33,311 nt of DNA, taken from positions 1 through 33,311 of the forward strand of contig JBGCDR010000442.1 in assembly GCA_045105515.1 (NCBI GenBank), in the 5' to 3' direction. The stretch is from Oligoflexales bacterium. GTDB lineage: Bacteria; Bdellovibrionota_B; Oligoflexia; Oligoflexales; Bog-1112. The notes under the pieces were generated by a model. It saw only the letters and a program-made list of their open reading frames with translations. It searched no databases and was not told the DNA's origin. Positions 9,021-17,615 of the stretch are shown here, piece by piece. The position numbers and the translations under genes were made by a program. How positions within the stretch are numbered: the stretch's first letter is position 1; the number at the start of each line of letters is the position of its first letter.

Positions 9021-10488
9021 CTTCTCGCTCCTCTTTTTTCTCACCGTCTTTAATCTGTGTTTTAAGTCCGTATGTTTTTATAAGTTCTTCTTCTCTTTTG
9101 AGTTCTAAGAAAATATCTTCAATCGTGCGCCCTTGCTCAGTCGCAACCTCTTGCCTTGACTTAATCCCTCCTGCAATTGCAGCTAGGGCGCTTTCGGTAT
9201 CCTTCTTGGGGTCCACCCATGACCACCTTCTTCCAAGAAAAGAAGGATTTTCATACTGCTCTATCTCAGCGGCCTTAAGCTTAAGCTGACCTGATAAAAC
9301 TGCAGCCTTGAGCCACTTTTGATAAACGGGCCTCATAAACGCATCTATAAAGAATTCCTGCAGCCCTTTCCAATTTTCACGTTCCTCTAATAAAGACGAT
9401 CTCAGACTCGAAAAATTCACCGATTCAACATCATTCGCCAAGGACGTGTAGGAGACACCTAGGCCCGATGCTATGCCTCTTAAAACGCCTTTCACGAAGT
9501 CTTTATAAGCAACATTAGGATGCTCAGCATTAAATGTCTTAAAGTCCCAACCTCTTGGAGCGATTTCAAAAGAACCTGGCTCAGCCTGGGTGATAAATGC
9601 GCCTACGTCTGCAACATCTTCCTCAAGGTCAAACTCCGTAGAGGGATCACTAGCAGAGGTTTGTGTATAAATACCCATTTTACTAGCTGCAATCCTTGCT
9701 GCTATCACTTCACTTGAGATATAGCTTTGCAAAGCCCGAATGCCTCTTATGCACGTATGACACCAAGGGTATCCACGAGTTTGACAAGCATTTTCGGTCA
9801 TATATATATGAATAATCTCTTCTGCTGGAATCCTTAGATAGTTATTACCATTTTTAACTACCGAGTTTCGAGCTGAGTTAGTTTTAAAATAGTAAGCCAT
9901 TGGTGCCCCAAACTCATCTATCTCAACACCAAGCTTTATGCTTTTACCGTCCTTGCCTTCATCTTCGTTAAGCATCTCATCCAAGGCAACCGGGTCAATT
10001 ACTTGTAGAACAAACTTAAATTTGTTGTGTTTGGTGTTATAAATAACTCTAACTATAGCTTCACCATCACGGGCAACACTCATAATTAAAAGCTTTGTCA
10101 GCTCGTTCCAGGACAATCGCCCAGTAACTTCTGCTTTTTGAGTCCAAAGCTCGAAAGCATCTTCTATCTTCTTGTTAACCGACTTTTTAAGCCCCTTATT
10201 ATCAGTAAAGTTACACTGCAGGATAATGCCTTTTGAACCGATTACGTGATCTTTCAAAAGCCCGTAATAACGCTTCATATAGTCGTTATCTCGAGAAAGT
10301 TGTTTAGAAAGCCCCCGCATAGTAACCAAGTCATACTTGAGGTCTTGGTCGATGCTATTAGGAAGAGAATTCCAGTTATGTATGCGATCACGCATAGCAG
10401 CTTGAAACTGTCGTTGCTGCATAGAAAGTTTCTCAGCCTTGCGCTTAGCTGCTTCCTTTGCCTTTTCAGTTTTCGATTTCCATGCCAA
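9013..10488 (-). CDS. Portal protein, lambda family
   Basis: RDGEA+, LGVE.D.FG.P.AY, QTRG.PW, VNFSS.R..LLE and W.WVDP.K+ motifs. Confidence 0.95.
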   Translation of the reverse strand: MAWKSKTEKAKEAAKRKAEKLSMQQRQFQAAMRDRIHNWNSLPNSIDQDLKYDLVTMRGLSKQLSRDNDYMKRYYGLLKDHVIGSKGIILQCNFTDNKGLKKSVNKKIEDAFELWTQKAEVTGRLSWNELTKLLIMSVARDGEAIVRVIYNTKHNKFKFVLQVIDPVALDEMLNEDEGKDGKSIKLGVEIDEFGAPMAYYFKTNSARNSVVKNGNNYLRIPAEEIIHIYMTENACQTRGYPWCHTCIRGIRALQSYISSEVIAARIAASKMGIYTQTSASDPSTEFDLEEDVADVGAFITQAEPGSFEIAPRGWDFKTFNAEHPNVAYKDFVKGVLRGIASGLGVSYTSLANDVESVNFSSLRSSLLEERENWKGLQEFFIDAFMRPVYQKWLKAAVLSGQLKLKAAEIEQYENPSFLGRRWSWVDPKKDTESALAAIAGGIKSRQEVATEQGRTIEDIFLELKREEELIKTYGLKTQIKDGEKKEEREDE

Positions 10489-10490
10489 AC

Positions 10491-10910
10491 CTAAAACCTC
10501 ACCATAATTTGCCTAGCTCTTCTCACAGGAGCAATTTTCCCTAAGTACTCTTCAGTTTCTTCTAACTCTTCCCTAGCCTCTTTGAGCTTTGTAGCAACCC
10601 GGCCTCCTGCTAGCTTTTTAATTTCAAGATCATGAATAAGCTCCTTAAGAGAGGCTATCTTGGCTTTTACCTCACGGATAAGCTCAACTTTGAGAGCAAC
10701 TAACTCCCGTCTATAGTCAGCCTTAAGCTTTCTAAGGTCGCTTATAGGAGTCTTATCAATTCTTCTTCGCCCGATATCGCTTTGTGTCTCGTACCTAGAA
10801 ATATCCACATCGATACGCTCAGCTATCGTCTTATCTATGCTCGCAATCACCCCCTTAACTCGGGTAATCTCTGTTTTAAGCTCTTCAATTTTCTCTGGAC
10901 TATAAGCCAT
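10491..10910 (-). CDS. Head completion protein (gpW-like) with added coiled coil
   Basis: Lies between TerL and portal. Y.....G.R.I....+.DLRKL...Y..E core. Confidence 0.6.
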   Translation of the reverse strand: MAYSPEKIEELKTEITRVKGVIASIDKTIAERIDVDISRYETQSDIGRRRIDKTPISDLRKLKADYRRELVALKVELIREVKAKIASLKELIHDLEIKKLAGGRVATKLKEAREELEETEEYLGKIAPVRRARQIMVRF

Positions 10911-12824
10911 TTATTTCCACCAATTCGTAACAGAGTTAACACCGGCCCGAGGAGTTTTAACCCTTGGAGAAATTTTTTTCTTGCGTGTGGATATAGGGTT
11001 TTGCGCGGCGGCTCCCTCATATCCAGACTCAATCAACTCTTCTATGTTTTCTTTTTCCTGCAAAAGCCTCTTTTCAAGAGATTTGAAAATGGGGTTAAGC
11101 AAGATAAGACCTGCTCTTGCCATAAGCCTACAATCAAGCTGCTCATTGTTCCCTGAGGGTAAAAACCACTCTGTCACTGGATAACCATTTTTGAGAACAA
11201 TCCTGCTCTTTTCAGAAACTAGGTTCTTAAAATGCTGCTTGTCGTAGTTATCCCTCACAGGAAAATGGCAATATCCTGGTTTTCCTTTTTCGATTTTTAG
11301 AGCATCGTAAAACTCACGTTTTAGGGCAAAAGTTCCTAATGTATATAGATCAACAGGCACCCTATCGCGTCCAGTTCTGCGCTTAACTGGAGCAGAGACC
11401 ATTGCTCTTCCATCACCAGGCATTCCCTTGCTTGCGAAAACCCTACGTTTTCCCCGGTTTCGCTTCACATATGCATAAACCTCATGAGCTGAGTAACCCG
11501 TATCAACAACCGTGGCTGCTATCTTCTGAGTAAAACTCCACTGAAACAAAAAATTCTTATCAAGTAGGTCATCAAGCTGCTTCCACGTACTTTCGTCCGA
11601 TGGAGAACCCCAAAGAATGTCATAGCGAACTGACCAGGATTCTTTGCCTTCAGGACCACCCCAGGCGACAGTCTCACACTCTAGCCGGTCAATTTGCACA
11701 TCAACTCCGCAAGTAAGCACAAGGCCCCCCGAGGGAATATCTATGTTCTTTGGATAGTTCTCACGCCGCATAAATATATTTTGACTCTCTACACCCGAGG
11801 TTTTTGACTCATAAGGCTCACCAAGCATGGTGTTAGTAAAAACCTTCATCTTTGATGGATCTCTAAGAGCAAGCTCATGCTCCCGAACCAGTTCAGAAAA
11901 CCTAACCCAAGGGCTATAGAGTCCACTAATCTGGAAACCCATTCTAAATTCACCAACCTCTGGATTGAGGCATATCCATTTCCCGTTTTTAATCATCTTT
12001 GTCTTATGAGAGTCTTTAATAAACTTATCGCACTCTTGACACTGATAACGGGCTGTTTCTGGCTTTTTCTCTTCCCAGTCCATTTGACTCCACTCAAGCT
12101 TGATAAGCTCATTGCAGTGAGGACAAGGAACTCTAAACTCATGTCTTCTGGTAATTTCATCAGACATCATCATATGGGTTTTACAAGTTCCAACGTTCGT
12201 AGGAGTTGAGCAAGCAACCAGCATCTTATTGTGATAAGTTGCCATCCGACGCTTAGCGATCGAAACCGGATCACCTTCGGAACCTGATGAGTTGGGAAAC
12301 CTCGAAAGCTCATCTATCAGCACAAATCTAACAGCTTTTGCTGATAAAGATGAAGGAGCGTTAGCTCCGCAAATCGTGAGTACACAGCCCGAAGAAAAGT
12401 GTTTTAATAAAATCTTGTTTCCTGCATCACGGCTTTTGGTATCAAGCAGCTCAGCAAGTACCCTGGTATCTCTAAAAAGTGGAGCAAGCTTTTGCTTTGA
12501 GTGCTCCTCTGCTGTCGTAAGTTCAGGCAATATATAAAGGATTGGTGAAGGCTCCTCAGTAGCTACATAACCGACAATTGCATTCAGAAAGGTAGTCTTG
12601 CCCACCTGACTAGAGCTTTGTATGACCACTTCTTTACACCGTGGATTTTTAACAGCTTCATGCCAAGATTTGATATATTCTGTTTTCGAAACATCGTACT
12701 TACCAGGCTGAGCCGAATTTTCCACAGATAAGCGCATATGCTTATTAGCCCATTGCCAAATCTCCATTTCAGGAGGTGGAAGCAAGGTTTTTAATATTCG
12801 GTTTTTAAGAGCTGCACTTATCAA
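10911..12824 (-). CDS. terL: Terminase large subunit, lambda GpA family
   Basis: PPP....QWA, Walker A SSQVGKT, Walker B LIDE, EGDP, CPHC/CQEC zinc finger, and nuclease motifs GVDVQ, DTG and NEQLDC. Confidence 0.96.
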   Translation of the reverse strand: MISAALKNRILKTLLPPPEMEIWQWANKHMRLSVENSAQPGKYDVSKTEYIKSWHEAVKNPRCKEVVIQSSSQVGKTTFLNAIVGYVATEEPSPILYILPELTTAEEHSKQKLAPLFRDTRVLAELLDTKSRDAGNKILLKHFSSGCVLTICGANAPSSLSAKAVRFVLIDELSRFPNSSGSEGDPVSIAKRRMATYHNKMLVACSTPTNVGTCKTHMMMSDEITRRHEFRVPCPHCNELIKLEWSQMDWEEKKPETARYQCQECDKFIKDSHKTKMIKNGKWICLNPEVGEFRMGFQISGLYSPWVRFSELVREHELALRDPSKMKVFTNTMLGEPYESKTSGVESQNIFMRRENYPKNIDIPSGGLVLTCGVDVQIDRLECETVAWGGPEGKESWSVRYDILWGSPSDESTWKQLDDLLDKNFLFQWSFTQKIAATVVDTGYSAHEVYAYVKRNRGKRRVFASKGMPGDGRAMVSAPVKRRTGRDRVPVDLYTLGTFALKREFYDALKIEKGKPGYCHFPVRDNYDKQHFKNLVSEKSRIVLKNGYPVTEWFLPSGNNEQLDCRLMARAGLILLNPIFKSLEKRLLQEKENIEELIESGYEGAAAQNPISTRKKKISPRVKTPRAGVNSVTNWWK

Positions 12825-12833
12825 AGTAAAAAC

Positions 12834-13136
12834 CTATTTTTTCGTATTTTCGTTAACTATCTCTGTCAAAGCATCCATCACAGCTTTTTTTAGGGTATAT
12901 TCTACCTCTGTAATGTCGTCTATATCTGCAAGAACTGGAGCAAGAGCACCAGGAATTCCTAGCATTTTATTGCGAAAAGCAAGAGTCATCTTGTTCCACT
13001 CTGTTTCAACTTCTTTAATGGTGACCAGCTCACCCTTTTTTAAAGCAACTTCTAGCTCAATCTTGTCTGCCCGGCTCTTTAAATAACGAAGCTCATCTTC
13101 GTTTTTCTCTTTAGGCTGGTAGGGGGTCTTTGCCAC
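12834..13136 (-). CDS. terS: Terminase small subunit (Nu1-like), oligomerisation part only
   Basis: RA+K.ELE.....GELV...V...W......R..+L.IP..LA motif, immediately upstream of TerL. Confidence 0.8.
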   Translation of the reverse strand: MAKTPYQPKEKNEDELRYLKSRADKIELEVALKKGELVTIKEVETEWNKMTLAFRNKMLGIPGALAPVLADIDDITEVEYTLKKAVMDALTEIVNENTKK

Positions 13137-13138
13137 GG

Positions 13139-14749
13139 CTAAATAACTCCATCTATTTCACTAAGCCAATTGCAAGAGGTCTTAGTGGTTTCAATTTTGA
13201 TATAGGCTGCTGTTTGGGCGATATTTTTATGATTGAGCCGATAGGATAGCTCTTTTAAGCTCATTCCCTGTTCGAACATAAGAGTGGCGTAGCTGACCCT
13301 AAGAGAGTGTGGGCTAATCTTGTGCTCTGGTTTAATTTCTGAGTCTGTGATGAGCTTTCTAAAAATATTGTTAAAAGCTGCCGTGGTCATTGGCCTTGTA
13401 AAATCGTTTGTTCTTGAAAAAAATAAAAATGACTCTTCGGGTAAATCCCGAAAGTAAGTGTGTATGTATTGTTTAAGAAGATCAGCCACCCTATCATCGA
13501 TTGTAATTGAGTACTTAGATGACCTTTTTGCTTCCATATTTAGGCGAAGGTTATTCTTTGCAGTAGGTTTTACATCCTTGACTCTTAGGCTGAGAAGCGA
13601 GCCAAGCCTCATCCCTCCGGTCGATAGGAGGAGGATACCTAGGTAGTTTCTAAAATTAGTCATCCGTTTGGTTTTAGGGCACTTTAAAGCCTTACCATGG
13701 GCAGTCTTTATGATTTTAGTCAAATCAGAAACCTTGATAGCTTCAGTGGTAACATTATGCCTTGGAATGATGGGTAGTTTGATGGCTGATATAGAGTTAT
13801 GTTTAAGATAGCCTAGCTTAACGCAGTAATTTAAAAATACATTTAGCGTGGTAACAAAACGCCTAACCACACTAGGAGCATACCTTTTCTCTATTTTCTC
13901 TTTATACTCTAAGCCTATTTTTAAGCTTATATCGCTAGGATCATCAATCCTATGGCCTTTTTCCACGGCCCAAGATGCAAATTTGCTTAGATCATTAAAG
14001 TAGTTCTTTCTGGTTTCGAATGTTCTTTGAACCTTAATAAACTCAGCAATTATGATATTAAGCCTTCCCTCACACTTTGGAAGTTTTTGCAGTTGTTTGA
14101 GGTCAAAGCTTTTATGGTTACGCTTAACCCTTTCTTTGATCATTTCCCTGCGAATAGGAGGAAGGCCCTTTGAGTATTTAAAAGCAGTTGATACAGAAAC
14201 GTTACACTTCTTTGCTATCTCACGTACTGAGTATCCAAGACGGCGGTACTTGAGGATATCTTCAACTACAAGAACGTTGGTGCGCTTATAGCCAAAGCCG
14301 CTTTCAGCTCTAACAAAACTTTCCCCAAGTTTAGCTTCTTCGAGCCTATTTTGAGGCTTGTGGTTAGTCTTTTTTTCCTCAAACGCCTCTAGTAAATTTA
14401 AGACATACTCACAGGTGGGTGAATCAGGATCTAATGTAAATACTGGGTTTAAAATTCTAATCTTTATATCACGGTGCTTAAGCTTGGCCACAAGGCCTGC
14501 TAAGACGCCTGCTGGCATTGATATAAGCTTCACATCCCAAAGAATTACAGTGCAGGAACTTTGGAGAGTCTCCAAGAGGTTCTTAAAACTTCTATGGCTT
14601 TTATAGACCGCTTCAGCATCGTAGTATAGATAGGGAAGATATGCTGAATGCTTTCTATTCTCCTGGTCCTTATAAAGCTCTTTAGCTTTTTCAAGTGAAA
14701 TATTATTGGGAAGATAAAATATATTCTTCATCAGTTTCTCTAAACACAA
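13139..14749 (-). CDS. Tyrosine recombinase with N-terminal degenerate serine-resolvase domain and HTH (start may be ATG 14731)
   Basis: Catalytic set GMR, AKR, HSLR, LNH and TAAY. HTH GYSVREIAKKCNVSVSTAFKY. Resolvase-like segment LLETLQSSCTVILWDV...LDPDSPTCEYVLNLLEAFEE. Confidence 0.88.
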   Translation of the reverse strand: MCLEKLMKNIFYLPNNISLEKAKELYKDQENRKHSAYLPYLYYDAEAVYKSHRSFKNLLETLQSSCTVILWDVKLISMPAGVLAGLVAKLKHRDIKIRILNPVFTLDPDSPTCEYVLNLLEAFEEKKTNHKPQNRLEEAKLGESFVRAESGFGYKRTNVLVVEDILKYRRLGYSVREIAKKCNVSVSTAFKYSKGLPPIRREMIKERVKRNHKSFDLKQLQKLPKCEGRLNIIIAEFIKVQRTFETRKNYFNDLSKFASWAVEKGHRIDDPSDISLKIGLEYKEKIEKRYAPSVVRRFVTTLNVFLNYCVKLGYLKHNSISAIKLPIIPRHNVTTEAIKVSDLTKIIKTAHGKALKCPKTKRMTNFRNYLGILLLSTGGMRLGSLLSLRVKDVKPTAKNNLRLNMEAKRSSKYSITIDDRVADLLKQYIHTYFRDLPEESFLFFSRTNDFTRPMTTAAFNNIFRKLITDSEIKPEHKISPHSLRVSYATLMFEQGMSLKELSYRLNHKNIAQTAAYIKIETTKTSCNWLSEIDGVI

Positions 14750-14822
14750 TATTTTTAGAAATTATATTTAAAAGTGTGAGTCCACACTCTGCAAAACTGA
14801 TGCCATGAAGAATTGTCTTAAA

Positions 14823-14853
14823 CAGCTAGAAACCTCAAAGAGATTTCTAGCTG
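14823..14853 (-). promoter_or_regulatory. Inverted repeat/hairpin upstream of the recombinase-morphogenesis operon
   Basis: CAGCTAGAAA-C-CTC-AAA-GAG-A-TTTCTAGCTG. The single mismatch becomes a U.G pair on the minus strand. Confidence 0.45.
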
Positions 14854-15386
14854 GACCAACTACCATCTATTTTTTTTAAGAAATGCCCTAAAAAAAAATT
14901 TTTGACCCACGAAAATTAAGGAGAACTGATAGTAATTTCTCGCGATCTTAGATTAAGAGGTATTTTTGTCAACGAGATTTTGACAAGGACATAAAATCAA
15001 AAGTAAAAATTATTTTTGCTTCCAACAAAAATATAGATCAAATGGACACGTTTTTGTGAAGGCAAAGTGTTTACGGGTGTATGCTTGTTATACACATGCA
15101 AATCACTTTATATAACCCTTGTTACCTTAAAACACCACTCATCACCCCCATTGTGCGTCTCTCCCTCAATCTCCTTAATACATCTCCCCTCAATCATCCA
15201 CACCGCCATATCCTCAGGATCATAATTATATTTTTCTCCTCAATCCAATCTACCCCTTAAACCCTGCGTCCACCCTTCCCCTATCCATACATTCAAACAG
15301 CCATAAGACATCCATAATACACCTAATAATCCACGCCTAAGCCACACAATCCCTGGCATTACTCCCCAAGCTAAACTCACAAAAAA

Positions 15387-15432
15387 AGGTACTTCCAGGG
15401 CCTCAGATTTTGCGCCGGGAACAAAGCCCGGC
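15387..15432 (+). other. Putative lambda-like cos site (cosQ + cosN)
   Basis: AGGTACT (lambda cosQ is GGGTCCT), then 23 nt, then GGG within the dyad GCCGGG-AACAAAG-CCCGGC. The spacing matches lambda as I recall it. Confidence 0.6.
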
Positions 15433-15711
15433 TCGGGCTCTAGCTAGCTGTTATTATTAATTTATTTAAGAATTTAATCGGTATTTCATACACTATTCTT
15501 TGAAGTGTTTAATGGTGTGCTTAAATATTTCATCAATCAACTGAGATAACTAATTTAATCGTTATTTTCAGGCCAAAATATCAAACTTCTTCCGAAATTT
15601 TGACCGCCTGACCGTTCGTGTTGTGAGAATGACACACTCTTTAAAAAATGGATTTGATAGGCTTTGTATTTTTTTTGTTTTATCATGAATTCAAGACGGA
15701 GGTACATTTAA

Positions 15712-15867
15712 ATGCAAAGACTGCTAGAACTAATATCTAAATTCTTAGATTGGCTTTCCCCTAAAGAGATATATCCCCCGCGACTTTCAAAGGATGAGTA
15801 CGAACGAACTAAGACGCTTCACTCAAAAGATATTGCACGCCTTCTTAAAAAAACGGGAACCAACTAG
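15712..15867 (+). CDS. Small hypothetical protein, 51 aa (not in ORF track)
   Basis: GGAGGT SD at 15698-15703. Translation MQRLLELISKFLDWLSPKEIYPPRLSKDEYERTKTLHSKDIARLLKKTGTN*. Its stop abuts the next gene's SD. Confidence 0.55.
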   Translation: MQRLLELISKFLDWLSPKEIYPPRLSKDEYERTKTLHSKDIARLLKKTGTN

Positions 15868-15877
15868 AGGAAAATTG

Positions 15878-16579
15878 ATGGCCCAGATTCTTTTTTTTCT
15901 AATTCCTGGCTTCATTGCCACCATAGGATTCAATCATGTGACCCGCTCAAAAAATGACTCTGGCTATAAATTTTTGCTGCGGCTTATTGTGACCAATCTT
16001 GTCATTTTTTCCATAGCGATTCTCACTTATGACGAGATTGGGTTTTATTTTTATGAGTACACAGCCAGGCTCACTGAGCAGAATTTTTTTCACGAGCTGA
16101 AGCAAATAAAAAGCTTCTTAGACATAGAATATCTATCTAAGGTATACCCTTGGAGTTTGCTCATATCTATTGTCTATATGACGTTTTGCTTGCAGCATGA
16201 GAAGCTCATTTCTCATCTTGGTGAGAAGGTAACTTTTAAGTTCTTAATTCAAAAATCGGTCAACTTGGTAATTAATGCGTTTAGAAGTTTGCATTTCATT
16301 AACTCAGATCCTTTGACATCTTTTTACATTCAGAACACGGGAAAGAAAATTATCATCAAGACCCATGCTTACAAATATCTTTGCATGATTCAAGGAATAG
16401 GCTCAAAAAATGACGATACATATATCAAGCTTGATGTCTATATCATTGGTACAGATAGCTTAAGAGATGCTCTAGAAGTTTTTGAACCTCCAACGCATTC
16501 AGTTCTCCCAACCAAGGACATTATCGGATTTAGTGAGTTTTCTGAGCAGTACTTGAAAAAAAATACTATTAAAGTTTAA
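15878..16579 (+). CDS. Membrane protein, about 3 TM segments plus a soluble C-terminal domain (DUF6338-like N-terminus; start revised to ATG 15878)
   Basis: MAQILFFLIPGFIA N-terminus and hydrophobic segments. GAGG SD at 15867-15870. Confidence 0.55.
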   Translation: MAQILFFLIPGFIATIGFNHVTRSKNDSGYKFLLRLIVTNLVIFSIAILTYDEIGFYFYEYTARLTEQNFFHELKQIKSFLDIEYLSKVYPWSLLISIVYMTFCLQHEKLISHLGEKVTFKFLIQKSVNLVINAFRSLHFINSDPLTSFYIQNTGKKIIIKTHAYKYLCMIQGIGSKNDDTYIKLDVYIIGTDSLRDALEVFEPPTHSVLPTKDIIGFSEFSEQYLKKNTIKV

Positions 16580-16592
16580 AATCTATTCTTTT

Positions 16593-17042
16593 ATGCACTT
16601 GGAGTTAAAAATGGACATCATATTACCTGAAGATTTTAAGGCCAAGTTGAAAATGATTCTAGACCGTTTTGACCCTGAGTCTAACGAAGCTACACGTACT
16701 CATAGAATCATAGCTCGTATCTTAAATGAGATTGAAGACCTTAGTAATTTAGAATATTCCTATATAGCCAATCAAACAAATTCGGAAGGTAAGCGCCCAG
16801 ATTTTTTATTGACCCACAAGAACAAAGAATTCTTTATTGTGGAGGCCAAAGCTGGCTTACATGGAAAACATCAAGAGCAGATAATTGGCTACCTCAAAAC
16901 TCACTCTATCAACTATGGCTGCCTCACAGACGGTGTGATGTGGTCAATGTATGAATGGAAGGATGAAAGTCTTAAATTAGAGAAGAGCTTTCTCATTAGC
17001 GACGTGCAGTCTATTGTTAACTATATAGTCTCTAAAGTCTAA
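16593..17042 (+). CDS. Stand-alone PD-(D/E)XK nuclease domain, HsdR_N-like
   Basis: NEAT....I, KRPDF, IVEAK, QI..Y and LTDG..W motifs. Confidence 0.8.
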   Translation: MHLELKMDIILPEDFKAKLKMILDRFDPESNEATRTHRIIARILNEIEDLSNLEYSYIANQTNSEGKRPDFLLTHKNKEFFIVEAKAGLHGKHQEQIIGYLKTHSINYGCLTDGVMWSMYEWKDESLKLEKSFLISDVQSIVNYIVSKV

Positions 17043-17064
17043 TTGTCTGCTTTGTGTGCCTGCA

Positions 17065-17155
17065 TGGACAAATGTCGCTACGCTTGGACAAATGATGGAC
17101 AAAAAGCTTTTCTAAGAAAATCTTTATTGACCACATTTGTCCACAATTGCCCACA
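17065..17155. repeat. TGGACAAA(TG) repeats and three 10-bp-phased DnaA-box-like TTGnCCACA
   Basis: TGGACAAATG at 17065 and 17085, TGGACAAA at 17096, inverted copy at 17134-17143. TTGACCACA 17127, TTGTCCACA 17137, TTGCCCACA 17147. Confidence 0.6.
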
Positions 17156-17236
17156 GGTTGGCTTACTACTGTTTACATATAAATTATTTCTTTTTATCCT
17201 TTGTTTCCCCTGAGTCCGTCACCCATAGCTAATGAA

Positions 17237-17310
17237 GATATATTTTTTGAGCGTAGAAATGAGGAACGCAGCGAAGCGAGTAGTCATTTCGAAGCAATAA
17301 AAAATATATC
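17237..17310 (+). promoter_or_regulatory. Large hairpin resembling a single-strand initiation / primosome assembly site
   Basis: 12-bp perfect arms GATATATTTTTT/AAAAAATATATC and inner arms GAAATGA/TCATTTC. Contains AGCGAAGCGAGT and GAAGC. Confidence 0.5.
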
Positions 17311-17557
17311 AAATTTGCGAATGGTGAACGGCACAGGGAAACATAAGAAGTTTCCCCAAGATCCGGAGCTAAAGAGCTGTCCGGCGTTTGAGGACTTGCG
17401 CCCGCTGGCGCGAAATAAAAATGGGGGAGCTTTGCGACCACATAGCGGCTTTCTTTTGAACCTTTTTACATATAGTAGAAACTCTTTAGTAGACAGGACT
17501 CTAAAAAATGGTCGTAACTATTTGTTATTTATAATAATTATGGCTATATTGCGTTTT

Positions 17558-17615
17558 ATTTGGGGGGGGTCATTTCACGACACTTGCCGAATTTGGGGGG
17601 GGGTCATTTCACGAC
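17558..17615. repeat. Two iteron-like direct repeats ATTT(G8/G9)TCATTTCACGAC next to an AT-rich tract (candidate oriV)
   Basis: Copies at 17558-17581 and 17591-17615, overlapping the rep stop codon. AT-rich tract at about 17515-17550. Confidence 0.7.

Noticed and set aside
291..14606. Many short + strand ORFs antisense to structural genes (likewise 31211-32829, and - strand ORFs inside the cargo genes)
   Set aside because: Shadow frames of well-supported genes with no independent evidence.
15111..15380. Minus-strand peptide in the skewed tract (…MAVWMIEGRCIKEIEGETHNGGDEWCFKVTRVI)
   Set aside because: Short, with upstream frames interrupted by stops. Openness is expected from the composition.
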